A stretch of 64,000 nucleotides of DNA from Nitrosopumilus sp. (GTDB taxonomy: Archaea > Thermoproteota > Nitrososphaeria > Nitrososphaerales > Nitrosopumilaceae), in the NCBI GenBank assembly GCA_965205215.1, contig OZ242041.1:672001-736000 (forward strand), in the 5' to 3' direction. The translations under genes and the position numbers were made by a program. The first letter of the stretch is position 1; each line of letters opens with the position of its first letter. The notes beneath the pieces are model-generated. The model searched no databases, was not told the origin of the DNA, and saw only the letters and a program-made list of their open reading frames with translations. This document shows positions 19,065 through 29,166 of the stretch, in pieces.

Positions 19065-19584
19065 GGCGTCAGTTCCCGCGGATCGCGGGCGCCGTATGAA
19101 AGTATCGACGCCCGGGCCGGCCGCGGCAGCTCCCCGCCGCGAGGATCCGTGCCCTTTTGGCGGGATCCCACGCCATCCCGGCTGCCTCGCCTGTCTCGCT
19201 CTTCGGCCCGGCGACGGTGCCCCTGAAGCATCCCCGGCATGCCCGCTCCGGGGGGCGGGGCGGGGGCGGGGCGGGGGCGGGGCGGGGGCGTCTGCAGCCC
19301 CCTGGCCGCATCGTCCGCCATCCGGCAGGTCTTCTGGGCCTCCGGCAACAGGTAGTCCGTCTCGGGGGCCGCTACGTCGGTGTATGTCCTGCGGAGCCAC
19401 TCAAACTCGGCCGGCCGGCCGGGATACGGCCGCGGGGGCCCGCTTCCGGACAGCATGGCGGTGCCCGCCCTCATCTCAGCCATGGCCGGGTCGACGGATG
19501 GGCGCCGAGTTCGTGCTTAATGCCTCTCTGAGACGGGGGCCGTTATTGGTTAGGTTGGGCACAAGGCCAAACTTTCTAGATCGC

Positions 19585-20426
19585 CACTTGTGTAACCCCT
19601 CAGACATGATTGGCGCGACTGTCGCCGCACTTCCATTCCGTGCGCGGTTGGGTGGCCGGCGGTTTGTGGATTACACGGGGGGGGGGGGTGGCAGCTGCCG
19701 GGATCGGGCATCCCGCAGGATTGCCGCCGCCCCCGGCCCGCCCCCTTGATCTTGTTCAGCTTGCGCCGGTACATTGCCCCGTTGCGTGGCCCGTACGGTG
19801 TCCCGGTGCCGCGGACGCGCCCGGTCGGCACGCGGCACGCGTCTATCATGCCGGACCGGAGGGGCACCGCAAGCCTGCGCGCGTCCTCCCCGTCCGTCTT
19901 TTTTGCGCTCCCTGTGATCATCTTCAGCCTGTACGGGCTGGCCGGGGGATGCGCGCCCCCGCGTCCCCAAACGCCTCGTGCGTGGCACGCCACATGCCGG
20001 CGGCGGACACACAGACTGCCCCGCATCCTCCATTTTTCGCGCCGTACCTGCGCGCCATCCCCCGCGCCGCCCGTCCCGCGCCCCGCATCGCGTTGTGGTA
20101 CCGCCCACTCTCGACGGCCACCCCCCCCGGGATCCGGGGCGCAACAGTCGCGCTTTTTCTTGCTGATGTCGATTCCTGTGCTTGCGGTTGCTGCCATGCG
20201 CGCGTGTCCATTTTTTGTCCTCGCCTCCCCTAGAATGCCTGGTTTTAACTGAACGGAAGCTGCGGCCACCTATCGGGGGCGCGCAGCCCTGCCATGCAGC
20301 AGCCCGGATTGCCCCATTCGGGTCCGGGAGTGCGCGGCCTGGCCGTATTCCGTGCCCCGTGAGTCCGGAGGGGTCGCTCCACCACGCCCGTCACGACGGG
20401 GGGGGGGGGAGGTTGTCATCCAATCA
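19585..20426 (-). mobile_element. decayed, internally deleted IS110 copy lacking the IS5 insertion
   Basis: Aligns to both ends of copy A; about 630 bp of the transposase missing; frameshifts. Confidence 0.9.
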
Positions 20427-20495
20427 GGTCCACGCCCGTCAAATCTCAAAATACCGACAAGCGGGCACGAGTTTTCGAGGGGCCTGAGCGCATAC
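20427..20495. mobile_element. IS66-derived miniature element whose left TIR was hit by the decayed IS110
   Basis: Starts GGTCC like the inner TIR half, shares CCGACAAGC with the IS66 5' end, ends GGCCTGAGCGCATAC. Confidence 0.6.
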
Positions 20496-20503
20496 CGTGC
20501 GCG

Positions 20504-20731
20504 GTATGGTCTCACGTCGGCACGTCTCGCGAATCGAGCGCATGCTAAGAACCGCCCCGGCATGTCGCGGCGGCAGCGGCGGCAGCAGAAGGCGCCGCCG
20601 CTGCAGCCCGCACCGGCCGCTCGGCGCCCCCCGGGCAGTCGTCGGGCGGCTTGAACATGTGCCAGTTCGGATCCTCGATCATGCGCTCCGCCGCCATGCG
20701 CGGGAGCATGCCCATCTTCTGGCACGTGCGC
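20504..20731 (-). mobile_element. IS66 3'-end remnant with uninterrupted TIR
   Basis: GTATGGTCTCACGTCGGCAC, then homology to 11391-11585. Confidence 0.85.
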
Positions 20732-20877
20732 AATCTAATTTATAAACATGTGAAATGGTTATTTGCTATGTTGCAGCGGAATGCAGTTTTTAGCCCTGCC
20801 TCTCCATGCGCGGCCGGCCATCCCGGCCCGCGTGCCATGCGCAGTGAGGCCTCTCGGGGGGGGGGGGGTGACTCCAT

Positions 20878-23800
20878 GTGACGGGCCGCGCCCATCATAT
20901 ACGGATTGCGGCGGCGGTGGTGGCCGCCGCGATGGCCGTTGCCGCCTCGGGGATCGCCGCCAACGACGCCTTTGCCGAGCCGGAGATAGATCTTGTCCCG
21001 CGGGACAGCGTGGCCGACAGCGACTTTACGTATCTTCAGGGGGCAAACCAGGTGGAGGTCTTTGTCCAAGGGAACAAGAGATACGCGGTGGTGGCCTCCA
21101 CCGACGAAAGCATACACCTGCTTGACATCACCGACCCTGCCAACATCAACGAGCTGCGCCACCCGAACCGGCAGCAGCAGAGCGGCAACAACAACTTCAA
21201 CAACGCCATCGGCGGCGAAACGGCCACCACGTACGTGGCCAACGACGGCAACCTCTACATCGTGCTGTCCTGGAGCACCAGTGACGCCATCCAGACGTTC
21301 CACATCCACGAGAACGGGCGGCTGGACGAGCTGGCCCATGTGGTGGACAGCTCCAAGATGGACCTCGCCACGGACCTGTTCGTATATTCGGTGGGGGGCA
21401 AGCATTACGCCGCCGTCGCGGCGAGCCTCTCGAACTCCCTCCGTATAGTGGACGTGACCGACCCGCGCAGCCTCGGCACCGCAGCCCTCAGGGGCCAGAT
21501 CACCGACAATGACGACATACTGCTTCAGGGCCCGTCGGGCGTCGCGCACTACCAGAAGGATGACCGGCACTACGCGGTGGTGGTGACAGATTCAGAGGAC
21601 AGCGTTCAGATTATCGACGTTACCAACCCGAACAGCCCCACCGCCGCCGGCAGCCTGAGGGACAACGGCGATCTCGAACTGAACGGGGCCGAGGACGTTG
21701 CCATATACGCGGTGGGGGACCGCACCTACGCCGTGGTGACCGGCAACACCGACGACGGCATCCAGATTGTGGACATCACCAACCCGAACAGCATCTTCCC
21801 CGCCGGCCAGCTGGAGGACGACCACAGCCTACTGCTGGACAACCCCCGGGGCGTGGCCGTCCATGCAATAGGTGACCGCCACTACGCGGTGGTGGCCTCC
21901 AGCGGCGACCACGGCATCCTGGTGGTGGACATCACCAACCCGCACAACCCCGTACCCAAGGCGAGCCTCGGCGACGGCCAAAGAGGCGCCGACGAGCTTT
22001 ATACCGCAACCGGCGTGGACACCTTCTCGATAGGAAACCGCCACTATGCAATAGTCGCGGCCAACAACGACAACGGCGTGCAGATGGTGGAGATGACCGA
22101 GGTGACCGCCGACGCCCGAGAAAGCCAGGCGGTGAGGGCCGGCCAAGCCGTCGTCCTGGACGGTTCGGCATCCGCCGTCTCCTCCGGCATGCCGCCCACG
22201 TACCAGTGGACCCAGACGGCCGGACCCACTGTCACCCTGCAGGACACCAACGCGGCGCGGCTCAACTTTACGGCCCCGAGCGGCCCCTCGACGCTAGTCT
22301 TTCAGCTGGCCGTAACGCACGGCGGCACCACCTCCACCGATGTCGTAACGGTGTCCGTCGCCCCGGACGCTGCCACACCGGTGGACAACACGGCGGTGGG
22401 CCTCACGCCGCGGGACAGCGTGGCCGACAGCGACTTTACGTATCTTCAGGGGGCAAACCAGGTGGAGGTCTTTGTCCAAGGGAACAAGAGATACGCGGTG
22501 GTGGCCTCCACCGACGAAAGCATACACCTGCTTGACATCACCGACCCTGCCAACATCAACGAGCTGCGCCACCCGAACCGGCAGCAGCAGAGCGGCAACA
22601 ACAACTTCAACAACGCCATCGGCGGCGAAACGGCCACCACGTACGTGGCCAACGACGGCAACCTCTACATCGTGCTGTCCTGGAGCACCAGTGACGCCAT
22701 CCAGACGTTCCACATCCACGAGAACGGGCGGCTGGACGAGCTGGCCCATGTGGTGGACAGCTCCAAGATGGACCTCGCCACGGACCTGTTCGTATATTCG
22801 GTGGGGGGCAAGCATTACGCCGCCGTCGCGGCGAGCCTCTCGAACTCCCTCCGTATAGTGGACGTGACCGACCCGCGCAGCCTCGGCACCGCAGCCCTCA
22901 GGGGCCAGATCACCGACAATGACGACATACTGCTTCAGGGCCCGTCGGGCGTCGCGCACTACCAGAAGGATGACCGGCACTACGCGGTGGTGGTGACAGA
23001 TTCAGAGGACAGCGTTCAGATTATCGACGTTACCAACCCGAACAGCCCCACCGCCGCCGGCAGCCTGAGGGACAACGGCGATCTCGAACTGAACGGGGCC
23101 GAGGACGTTGCCATATACGCGGTGGGGGACCGCACCTACGCCGTGGTGACCGGCAACACCGACGACGGCATCCAGATTGTGGACATCACCGACCCGCACG
23201 ACATCTTCCCCGCCGGCCAGCTGGAGGACACCCTCGCATCCGACATCCGGCTGGACAACCCCCGGGGCGTGGCCGTCCATGCAATAGGTGACCGCCACTA
23301 CGCGGTGGTGGCCTCCAGCGGCGACCACGGCATCCTGGTGGTGGACATCACCAACCCGCACAACCCCGTACCCAAGGCGAGCCTCGGCGACGGCCAAAGA
23401 GGCGCCGACGAGCTTTATACCGCGACCGGCGTGGACACCTTCTCGATAGGAAACCGCCACTATGCAATAGTCGCGGCCAACAACGACAACGGCGTGCAGA
23501 TGGTGGAGATGACCGAGGTGACCGCCGACGCCCGAGAAAGCCAGGCGGTGAGGGCCGGCCAAGCCGTCGTCCTGGACGGTTCGGCATCCGCCGTCTCCTC
23601 CGGCATGCCGCCCACGTACCAGTGGACCCAGACGGCCGGATCCACTGTCACCCTGCAGGACGCCAACACGGCGCGGCTCAACTTTACGGCCCCGAGCGGC
23701 CCCTCGACGCTAGTCTTTCAGCTGGCCGTAACGCACGGCGGCGCCACCTCCACCGATGTCGTAACGGTGTCCGTCGCCCCGGACGCTGCCACGTCGACGG

Positions 23801-26800
23801 GCGAGACGGCGGTGGGCCTCACGCCGCGGGACAGCGTGGCCGACAGCGACTTTACGTATCTTCAGGGGGCAAACCAGGTGGAGGTCTTTGTCCAAGGGAA
23901 CAAGAGATACGCGGTGGTGGCCTCCACCGACGAAAGCATACACCTGCTTGACATCACCGACCCTGCCAACATCAACGAGCTGCGCCACCCGAACCGGCAG
24001 CAGCAGAGCGGCAACAACAACTTCAACAACGCCATCGGCGGCGAAACGGCCACCACATACGTGGCCAACGACGGCAACCTCTACATCGTGCTGTCCTGGA
24101 GCACCAGTGACGCCATCCAGACGTTCCACATCCACGAGAACGGGCGGCTGGACGAGCTGGCCCATGTGGTGGACAGCTCCAAGATGGACCTCGCCACGGA
24201 CCTGTTCGTATATTCGGTGGGGGGCAAGCATTACGCCGCCGTCGCGGCGAGCCTCTCGAACTCCCTCCGTATAGTGGACGTGACCGACCCGCGCAGCCTC
24301 GGCACCGCAGCCCTCAGGGGCCAGATCACCGACAATGACGACATACTGCTTCAGGGCCCGTCGGGCGTCGCGCACTACCAGAAGGATGACCGGCACTACG
24401 CGGTGGTGGTGACAGATTCAGAGGACAGCGTTCAGATTATCGACGTTACCAACCCGAACAGCCCCTTCCCCGCCGGCAGCCTGAGGGACAACGGCGATCT
24501 CGAACTGAACGGGGCCGAGGACGTTGCCATATACGCGGTGGGGGACCGCACCTACGCCGTGGTGACCGGCAACACCGACGACGGCATCCAGATTGTGGAC
24601 ATCACCGACCCGCACGACATCTTCCCCGCCGGCCAGCTGGAGGACACCCTCGCATCCGACATCCGGCTGGACAACCCCCGGGGCGTGGCCGTCCATGCAA
24701 TAGGTGACCGCCACTACGCGGTGGTGGCCTCCAGCGGCGACCACGGCATCCTGGTGGTGGACATCACCAACCCGCACAACCCCGTACCCAAGGCGAGCCT
24801 CGGCGACGGCCAAAGAGGCGCCGACGAGCTTTATACCGCGACCGGCGTGGACACCTTCTCGATAGGAAACCGCCACTATGCAATAGTCGCGGCCAACAAC
24901 GACAACGGCGTGCAGATGGTGGAGATGACCGAGGTGACCGCCGACGCCGGAGGCGACAGGGCGGTGAGGGCCGGCCAAGCCGTCATCCTGGACGGTTCGA
25001 CATCCACCGCCTCCTCCGGCGCGACCCCCGCATACCAGTGGACCCAGACGGCCGGATCCACTGTCACCCTGCAGGACGCCAACACGGCGCGGCTCTTCTT
25101 TACGGCCCCGAACAGCCCCCTGACGCTAGTCTTTCAGCTGGCCGTAACGCACGGCGGCGCCACCTCCACCGATGTCGTAACGGTGTCCGTCGCCCCGGAC
25201 GCTGCCACGTCGACGGGCGAGACGGCGGTGGGCCTCACGCCGCGGGACAGCGTGGCCGACAGCGACTTTACGTATCTTCAGGGGGCAAACCAGGTGGAGG
25301 TCTTTGTCCAAGGGAACAAGAGATACGCGGTGGTGGCCTCCACCGACGAAAGCATACACCTGCTTGACATCACCGACCCTGCCAACATCAACGAGCTGCG
25401 CCACCCGAACCGGCAGCAGCAGAGCGGCAACAACAACTTCAACAACGCCATCGGCGGCGAAACGGCCACCACATACGTGGCCAACGACGGCAACCTCTAC
25501 ATCGTGCTGTCCTGGAGCACCAGTGACGCCATCCAGACGTTCCACATCCACGAGAACGGGCGGCTGGACGAGCTGGCCAGTGTGGTGGACAGCTCCAAGA
25601 TGGACCTCGCCACGGACCTGTTCGTATATTCGGTGGGGGGCAAGCATTACGCCGCCGTCGCGGCGAGCCTCTCGAACTCCCTCCGTATAGTGGACGTGAC
25701 CGACCCGCGCAGCCTCGGCACCGCAGCCCTCAGGGGCCAGATCACCGACAATGACGACATACTGCTTCAGGGCCCGTCGGGCGTCGCGCACTACCAGAAG
25801 GATGACCGGCACTACGCGGTGGTGGTGACAGATTCAGAGGACAGCGTTCAGATTATCGACGTTACCAACCCGAACAGCCCCACCGCCGCCGGCAGCCTGA
25901 GGGACAACGGCGATCTCGAACTGAACGGGGCCGAGGACGTTGCCATATACGCGGTGGGGGACCGCACCTACGCCGTGGTGACCGGCAACACCGACGACGG
26001 CATCCAGATTGTGGACATCACCAACCCGAACAGCATCTTCCCCGCCGGCCAGCTGGAGGACGACCACAGCCTACTGCTGGACAACCCCCGGGGCGTGGCC
26101 GTCCATGCAATAGGTGACCGCCACTACGCGGTGGTGGCCTCCAGCGGCGACCACGGCATCCTGGTGGTGGACATCACCAACCCGCACAACCCCGTACCCA
26201 AGGCGAGCCTCGGCGACGGCCAAAGAGGCGCCGACGAGCTTTATACCGCAACCGGCGTGGACACCTTCTCGATAGGAAACCGCCACTATGCAATAGTCGC
26301 GGCCAACAACGACAACGGCGTGCAGATGGTGGAGATGACCACCGTGACCGCCGACGCCCGAGAAAGCCATACGGTGAGGATCAACCAAGCCGTCGTCCTG
26401 GACGGTTCGGCATCCGCCGTCTCCTCCGGCGCGACCCCCGCGTACCAATGGAACCAGACGGCCGGACCCACTGTCACCCTGCAGGACACCAACGCGGCGC
26501 GGCTCTTCTTTACGGCCCCGAGCGGCCCCTCGACGCTAGTCTTTCAGCTGGCCGTAACGCACGGCGGCGCCACCTCCACCGATATCGTAACGGTGTCCGT
26601 CGCCCCGGACGCTGCCACACCGGTGGACAACACGGCGGTGGAACTTACGCCGCGGGACAGCGTGGCCGACAGCGACTTTACGTATCTTCAGGGGGCAAAC
26701 CAGGTGGAGGTCTTTGTCCAAGGGAACAAGAGATACGCGGTGGTGGCCTCCACCGACGAAAGCATACACCTGCTTGACATCACCGACCCTGCCAACATCA

Positions 26801-29166
26801 ACGAGCTGCGCCACCCGAACCGGCAGCAGCAGAGCGGCAACAACAACTTCAACAACGCCATCGGCGGCGAAACGGCCACCACATACGTGGCCAACGACGG
26901 CAACCTCTACATCGTGCTGTCCTGGAGCACCAGTGACGCCATCCAGACGTTCCACATCCACGAGAACGGGCGGCTGGACGAGCTGGCCCATGTGGTGGAC
27001 AGCTCCAAGATGGACCTCGCCACGGACCTGTTCGTCTATACCGTTCAGGAGGGAACCTGCAAGACGCATACCGGCTGCAAGGTGTCTCCGGGCGATTCGG
27101 GCCTGGTCGTGAACCGGGGTGATCCCATTTACAAACAGTACGCCGCCGTCGCGGCGAGCCTCTCGAACTCCCTCCGTATAGTGGACGTGACCGACCCGCG
27201 CAGCCTCGGCACCGCAGCCCTCAGGGGCCAGATCACCGACAATGACGACATACTGCTTCAGGGCCCGTCGGGCGTCGCGCACTACCAGAAGGATGACCGG
27301 CACTACGCGGTGGTGGTGACAGATTCAGAGGACAGCGTTCAGATTATCGACGTTACCAACCCGAACAGCCCCACCGCCGCCGGCAGCCTGAGGGACAACG
27401 GCGATCTCGAACTGAACGGGGCCGAGGACGTTGCCATATACGCGGTGGGGGACCGCTCGTATGCGGTGGTGACCGGCAACACCGACGACGGCATCCAGAT
27501 TGTGGACATCACCAACCCGAACAGCATCTTCCCCGCCGGCCAGCTGGAGGACGACCACAGCCTACTGCTGGACAACCCCCGGGGCGTGGCCGTCCATGCA
27601 ATAGGTGACCGCCACTACGCGGTGGTGGCCTCCAGCGGCGACCACGGCATCCTGGTGGTGGACATCACCAACCCGCACAACCCCGTACCCAAGGCGAGCC
27701 TCGGCGACGGCCAAAGAGGCGCCGGCGAGCTTTATACCGCAACCGGCGTGGACACCTTCTCGATAGGAAACCGCCACTATGCAATAGTCGCGGCCAACAA
27801 CGACAACGGCGTGCAGATGGTGGAGATGGAAGTCCTGACCGCCGACGCCGGAGGCGACAGGGCGGTACCGGGCAGAATAGACAAAGTCGCCCTGGACGGT
27901 TCGGGATCCACCGTGTCCTCCGGCGCGACCCCCGCGTACCAGTGGACCCAGACGGCAGGGCCGCCCGTCACCCTGAACAGCGCCACTATAGCAAACCCCA
28001 ACTTTGTACCGCCCACCGCCCCCCAGACCCTCTCATTCCTGCTTACGGTATCGCACGGGATGAACGCCAGCGCCGTCGACACCGTCACCATAACCCTAGA
28101 GGGTGACCCGTCTGCCGATATTGAGAGCTTTGGCGGGCAGATAGCCGGCGACGTTACTGTCGGGACCGTCAACGACCCCGTTGGCAGCAGCAACAGCACC
28201 TCCCAATACATCTCCATGCACTTTGCCGGCGAGGGCGAGTCCAAATCCTTCACGTACCACCTGCTGGAGGCGACCAGCAGTACCGTCACCGTAGAGTTCA
28301 TGATGGCTATGGGTCCAGAGGGGTCAGGCATACCGGGCTATGCGTGGGACTTGCAGGCAGTATCCGTCTCGCCCCAGACGCTCACCTTCAACGGGACAAA
28401 CTGGTACACACCCAAGGCCGTGACCGTCACCCCCCAGACAGACGGGGACGACACATCCGAGCAGGTGATCATAGTAATCGTGTCTTCCGTCCCGGACAGC
28501 TACAGCGGCATCCACGTGACCGTCGATGACAGCGCCTCGCCCGTTGGCAACGTGGCCGGCGCGTCAGGCGGCCCGTTCGCCTTCGAGTCGCCGGGGCTAC
28601 CCGTCATCACCCTGTCGGGCCCCACCATAATGGACGTGCCGCTCAACTCCGCATGGACGGATCCCGGCTACACGGCGACCGACGCCGACGGCAACGACAT
28701 TACCGCCAGCGTCACCGTCACCGGGGCGGTGGACACCTCGCAGGAGGGAACCTACCTGCTGTACTACCAGGTGGCCGACGCATACGGCACCCCGGCCACC
28801 CCGCAGATCAGGACGGTCAACGTCGCGGCGCCCCCGCCCCAGTATCAGGCGCCCCCGCCCGGGCCCGAACCGGAGCAGCAGCCGCAGCAGGAGCAGCCGC
28901 AGCAGGGCTACGAGCCGGAGCCCGAGCCCGAGCCCGCGGAGCAGCCGCAGCAGGGCTACGAGCCGGAGCCCGAGCCCGAGCCCGCGGAGCAGCCGCAGCA
29001 GGGCTACGAGCCGGAGCCACGTACCCCGGTAGAGCGGTATGACAGCAACGGCGACGGCGCGATACAGCAAGGCGAGTGGAGCATCGCAATGTCCGACTAT
29101 GTTGACGGGGAACTCACGACCAAGGAGATCAAGGAGATAGCCGCGGCCAGGTGCTATTGTCACTAG
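20878..29166 (+). CDS. giant secreted adhesin-like protein: 5 x (LVIVD-type beta-propeller + PKD/Ig), DUF5011, PEQ linker, EF-hand/dockerin-like C-terminus
   Basis: Signal peptide ending AFA; recurring YAVV..D.IQIVDITNP blades; ADAG....LDGS...YQWTQTAG PKD motif; ends ARCYCH. Confidence 0.9.
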   Translation: MTGRAHHIRIAAAVVAAAMAVAASGIAANDAFAEPEIDLVPRDSVADSDFTYLQGANQVEVFVQGNKRYAVVASTDESIHLLDITDPANINELRHPNRQQQSGNNNFNNAIGGETATTYVANDGNLYIVLSWSTSDAIQTFHIHENGRLDELAHVVDSSKMDLATDLFVYSVGGKHYAAVAASLSNSLRIVDVTDPRSLGTAALRGQITDNDDILLQGPSGVAHYQKDDRHYAVVVTDSEDSVQIIDVTNPNSPTAAGSLRDNGDLELNGAEDVAIYAVGDRTYAVVTGNTDDGIQIVDITNPNSIFPAGQLEDDHSLLLDNPRGVAVHAIGDRHYAVVASSGDHGILVVDITNPHNPVPKASLGDGQRGADELYTATGVDTFSIGNRHYAIVAANNDNGVQMVEMTEVTADARESQAVRAGQAVVLDGSASAVSSGMPPTYQWTQTAGPTVTLQDTNAARLNFTAPSGPSTLVFQLAVTHGGTTSTDVVTVSVAPDAATPVDNTAVGLTPRDSVADSDFTYLQGANQVEVFVQGNKRYAVVASTDESIHLLDITDPANINELRHPNRQQQSGNNNFNNAIGGETATTYVANDGNLYIVLSWSTSDAIQTFHIHENGRLDELAHVVDSSKMDLATDLFVYSVGGKHYAAVAASLSNSLRIVDVTDPRSLGTAALRGQITDNDDILLQGPSGVAHYQKDDRHYAVVVTDSEDSVQIIDVTNPNSPTAAGSLRDNGDLELNGAEDVAIYAVGDRTYAVVTGNTDDGIQIVDITDPHDIFPAGQLEDTLASDIRLDNPRGVAVHAIGDRHYAVVASSGDHGILVVDITNPHNPVPKASLGDGQRGADELYTATGVDTFSIGNRHYAIVAANNDNGVQMVEMTEVTADARESQAVRAGQAVVLDGSASAVSSGMPPTYQWTQTAGSTVTLQDANTARLNFTAPSGPSTLVFQLAVTHGGATSTDVVTVSVAPDAATSTGETAVGLTPRDSVADSDFTYLQGANQVEVFVQGNKRYAVVASTDESIHLLDITDPANINELRHPNRQQQSGNNNFNNAIGGETATTYVANDGNLYIVLSWSTSDAIQTFHIHENGRLDELAHVVDSSKMDLATDLFVYSVGGKHYAAVAASLSNSLRIVDVTDPRSLGTAALRGQITDNDDILLQGPSGVAHYQKDDRHYAVVVTDSEDSVQIIDVTNPNSPFPAGSLRDNGDLELNGAEDVAIYAVGDRTYAVVTGNTDDGIQIVDITDPHDIFPAGQLEDTLASDIRLDNPRGVAVHAIGDRHYAVVASSGDHGILVVDITNPHNPVPKASLGDGQRGADELYTATGVDTFSIGNRHYAIVAANNDNGVQMVEMTEVTADAGGDRAVRAGQAVILDGSTSTASSGATPAYQWTQTAGSTVTLQDANTARLFFTAPNSPLTLVFQLAVTHGGATSTDVVTVSVAPDAATSTGETAVGLTPRDSVADSDFTYLQGANQVEVFVQGNKRYAVVASTDESIHLLDITDPANINELRHPNRQQQSGNNNFNNAIGGETATTYVANDGNLYIVLSWSTSDAIQTFHIHENGRLDELASVVDSSKMDLATDLFVYSVGGKHYAAVAASLSNSLRIVDVTDPRSLGTAALRGQITDNDDILLQGPSGVAHYQKDDRHYAVVVTDSEDSVQIIDVTNPNSPTAAGSLRDNGDLELNGAEDVAIYAVGDRTYAVVTGNTDDGIQIVDITNPNSIFPAGQLEDDHSLLLDNPRGVAVHAIGDRHYAVVASSGDHGILVVDITNPHNPVPKASLGDGQRGADELYTATGVDTFSIGNRHYAIVAANNDNGVQMVEMTTVTADARESHTVRINQAVVLDGSASAVSSGATPAYQWNQTAGPTVTLQDTNAARLFFTAPSGPSTLVFQLAVTHGGATSTDIVTVSVAPDAATPVDNTAVELTPRDSVADSDFTYLQGANQVEVFVQGNKRYAVVASTDESIHLLDITDPANINELRHPNRQQQSGNNNFNNAIGGETATTYVANDGNLYIVLSWSTSDAIQTFHIHENGRLDELAHVVDSSKMDLATDLFVYTVQEGTCKTHTGCKVSPGDSGLVVNRGDPIYKQYAAVAASLSNSLRIVDVTDPRSLGTAALRGQITDNDDILLQGPSGVAHYQKDDRHYAVVVTDSEDSVQIIDVTNPNSPTAAGSLRDNGDLELNGAEDVAIYAVGDRSYAVVTGNTDDGIQIVDITNPNSIFPAGQLEDDHSLLLDNPRGVAVHAIGDRHYAVVASSGDHGILVVDITNPHNPVPKASLGDGQRGAGELYTATGVDTFSIGNRHYAIVAANNDNGVQMVEMEVLTADAGGDRAVPGRIDKVALDGSGSTVSSGATPAYQWTQTAGPPVTLNSATIANPNFVPPTAPQTLSFLLTVSHGMNASAVDTVTITLEGDPSADIESFGGQIAGDVTVGTVNDPVGSSNSTSQYISMHFAGEGESKSFTYHLLEATSSTVTVEFMMAMGPEGSGIPGYAWDLQAVSVSPQTLTFNGTNWYTPKAVTVTPQTDGDDTSEQVIIVIVSSVPDSYSGIHVTVDDSASPVGNVAGASGGPFAFESPGLPVITLSGPTIMDVPLNSAWTDPGYTATDADGNDITASVTVTGAVDTSQEGTYLLYYQVADAYGTPATPQIRTVNVAAPPPQYQAPPPGPEPEQQPQQEQPQQGYEPEPEPEPAEQPQQGYEPEPEPEPAEQPQQGYEPEPRTPVERYDSNGDGAIQQGEWSIAMSDYVDGELTTKEIKEIAAARCYCH
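20998..28095 (+). repeat. ~1410-1416 bp tandem repeat, five copies
   Basis: Units start at 20998, 22408, 23824, 25240, 26650. Confidence 0.95.
28891..29018 (+). repeat. 48-bp tandem repeat encoding EQPQQGYEPEPEPEPA
   Basis: About 2.7 copies visible. Confidence 0.85.

Noticed and set aside
19585-20426. DGR template/variable repeat pair explaining A->G changes
   Set aside because: Both A->G and T->C occur on the same strand, with indels, and no reverse transcriptase is present
16292-29018. Tandem repeats as a CRISPR array
   Set aside because: Units are 48, 291 and ~1410 bp, in frame within CDSs, with no unique spacers and no cas genes
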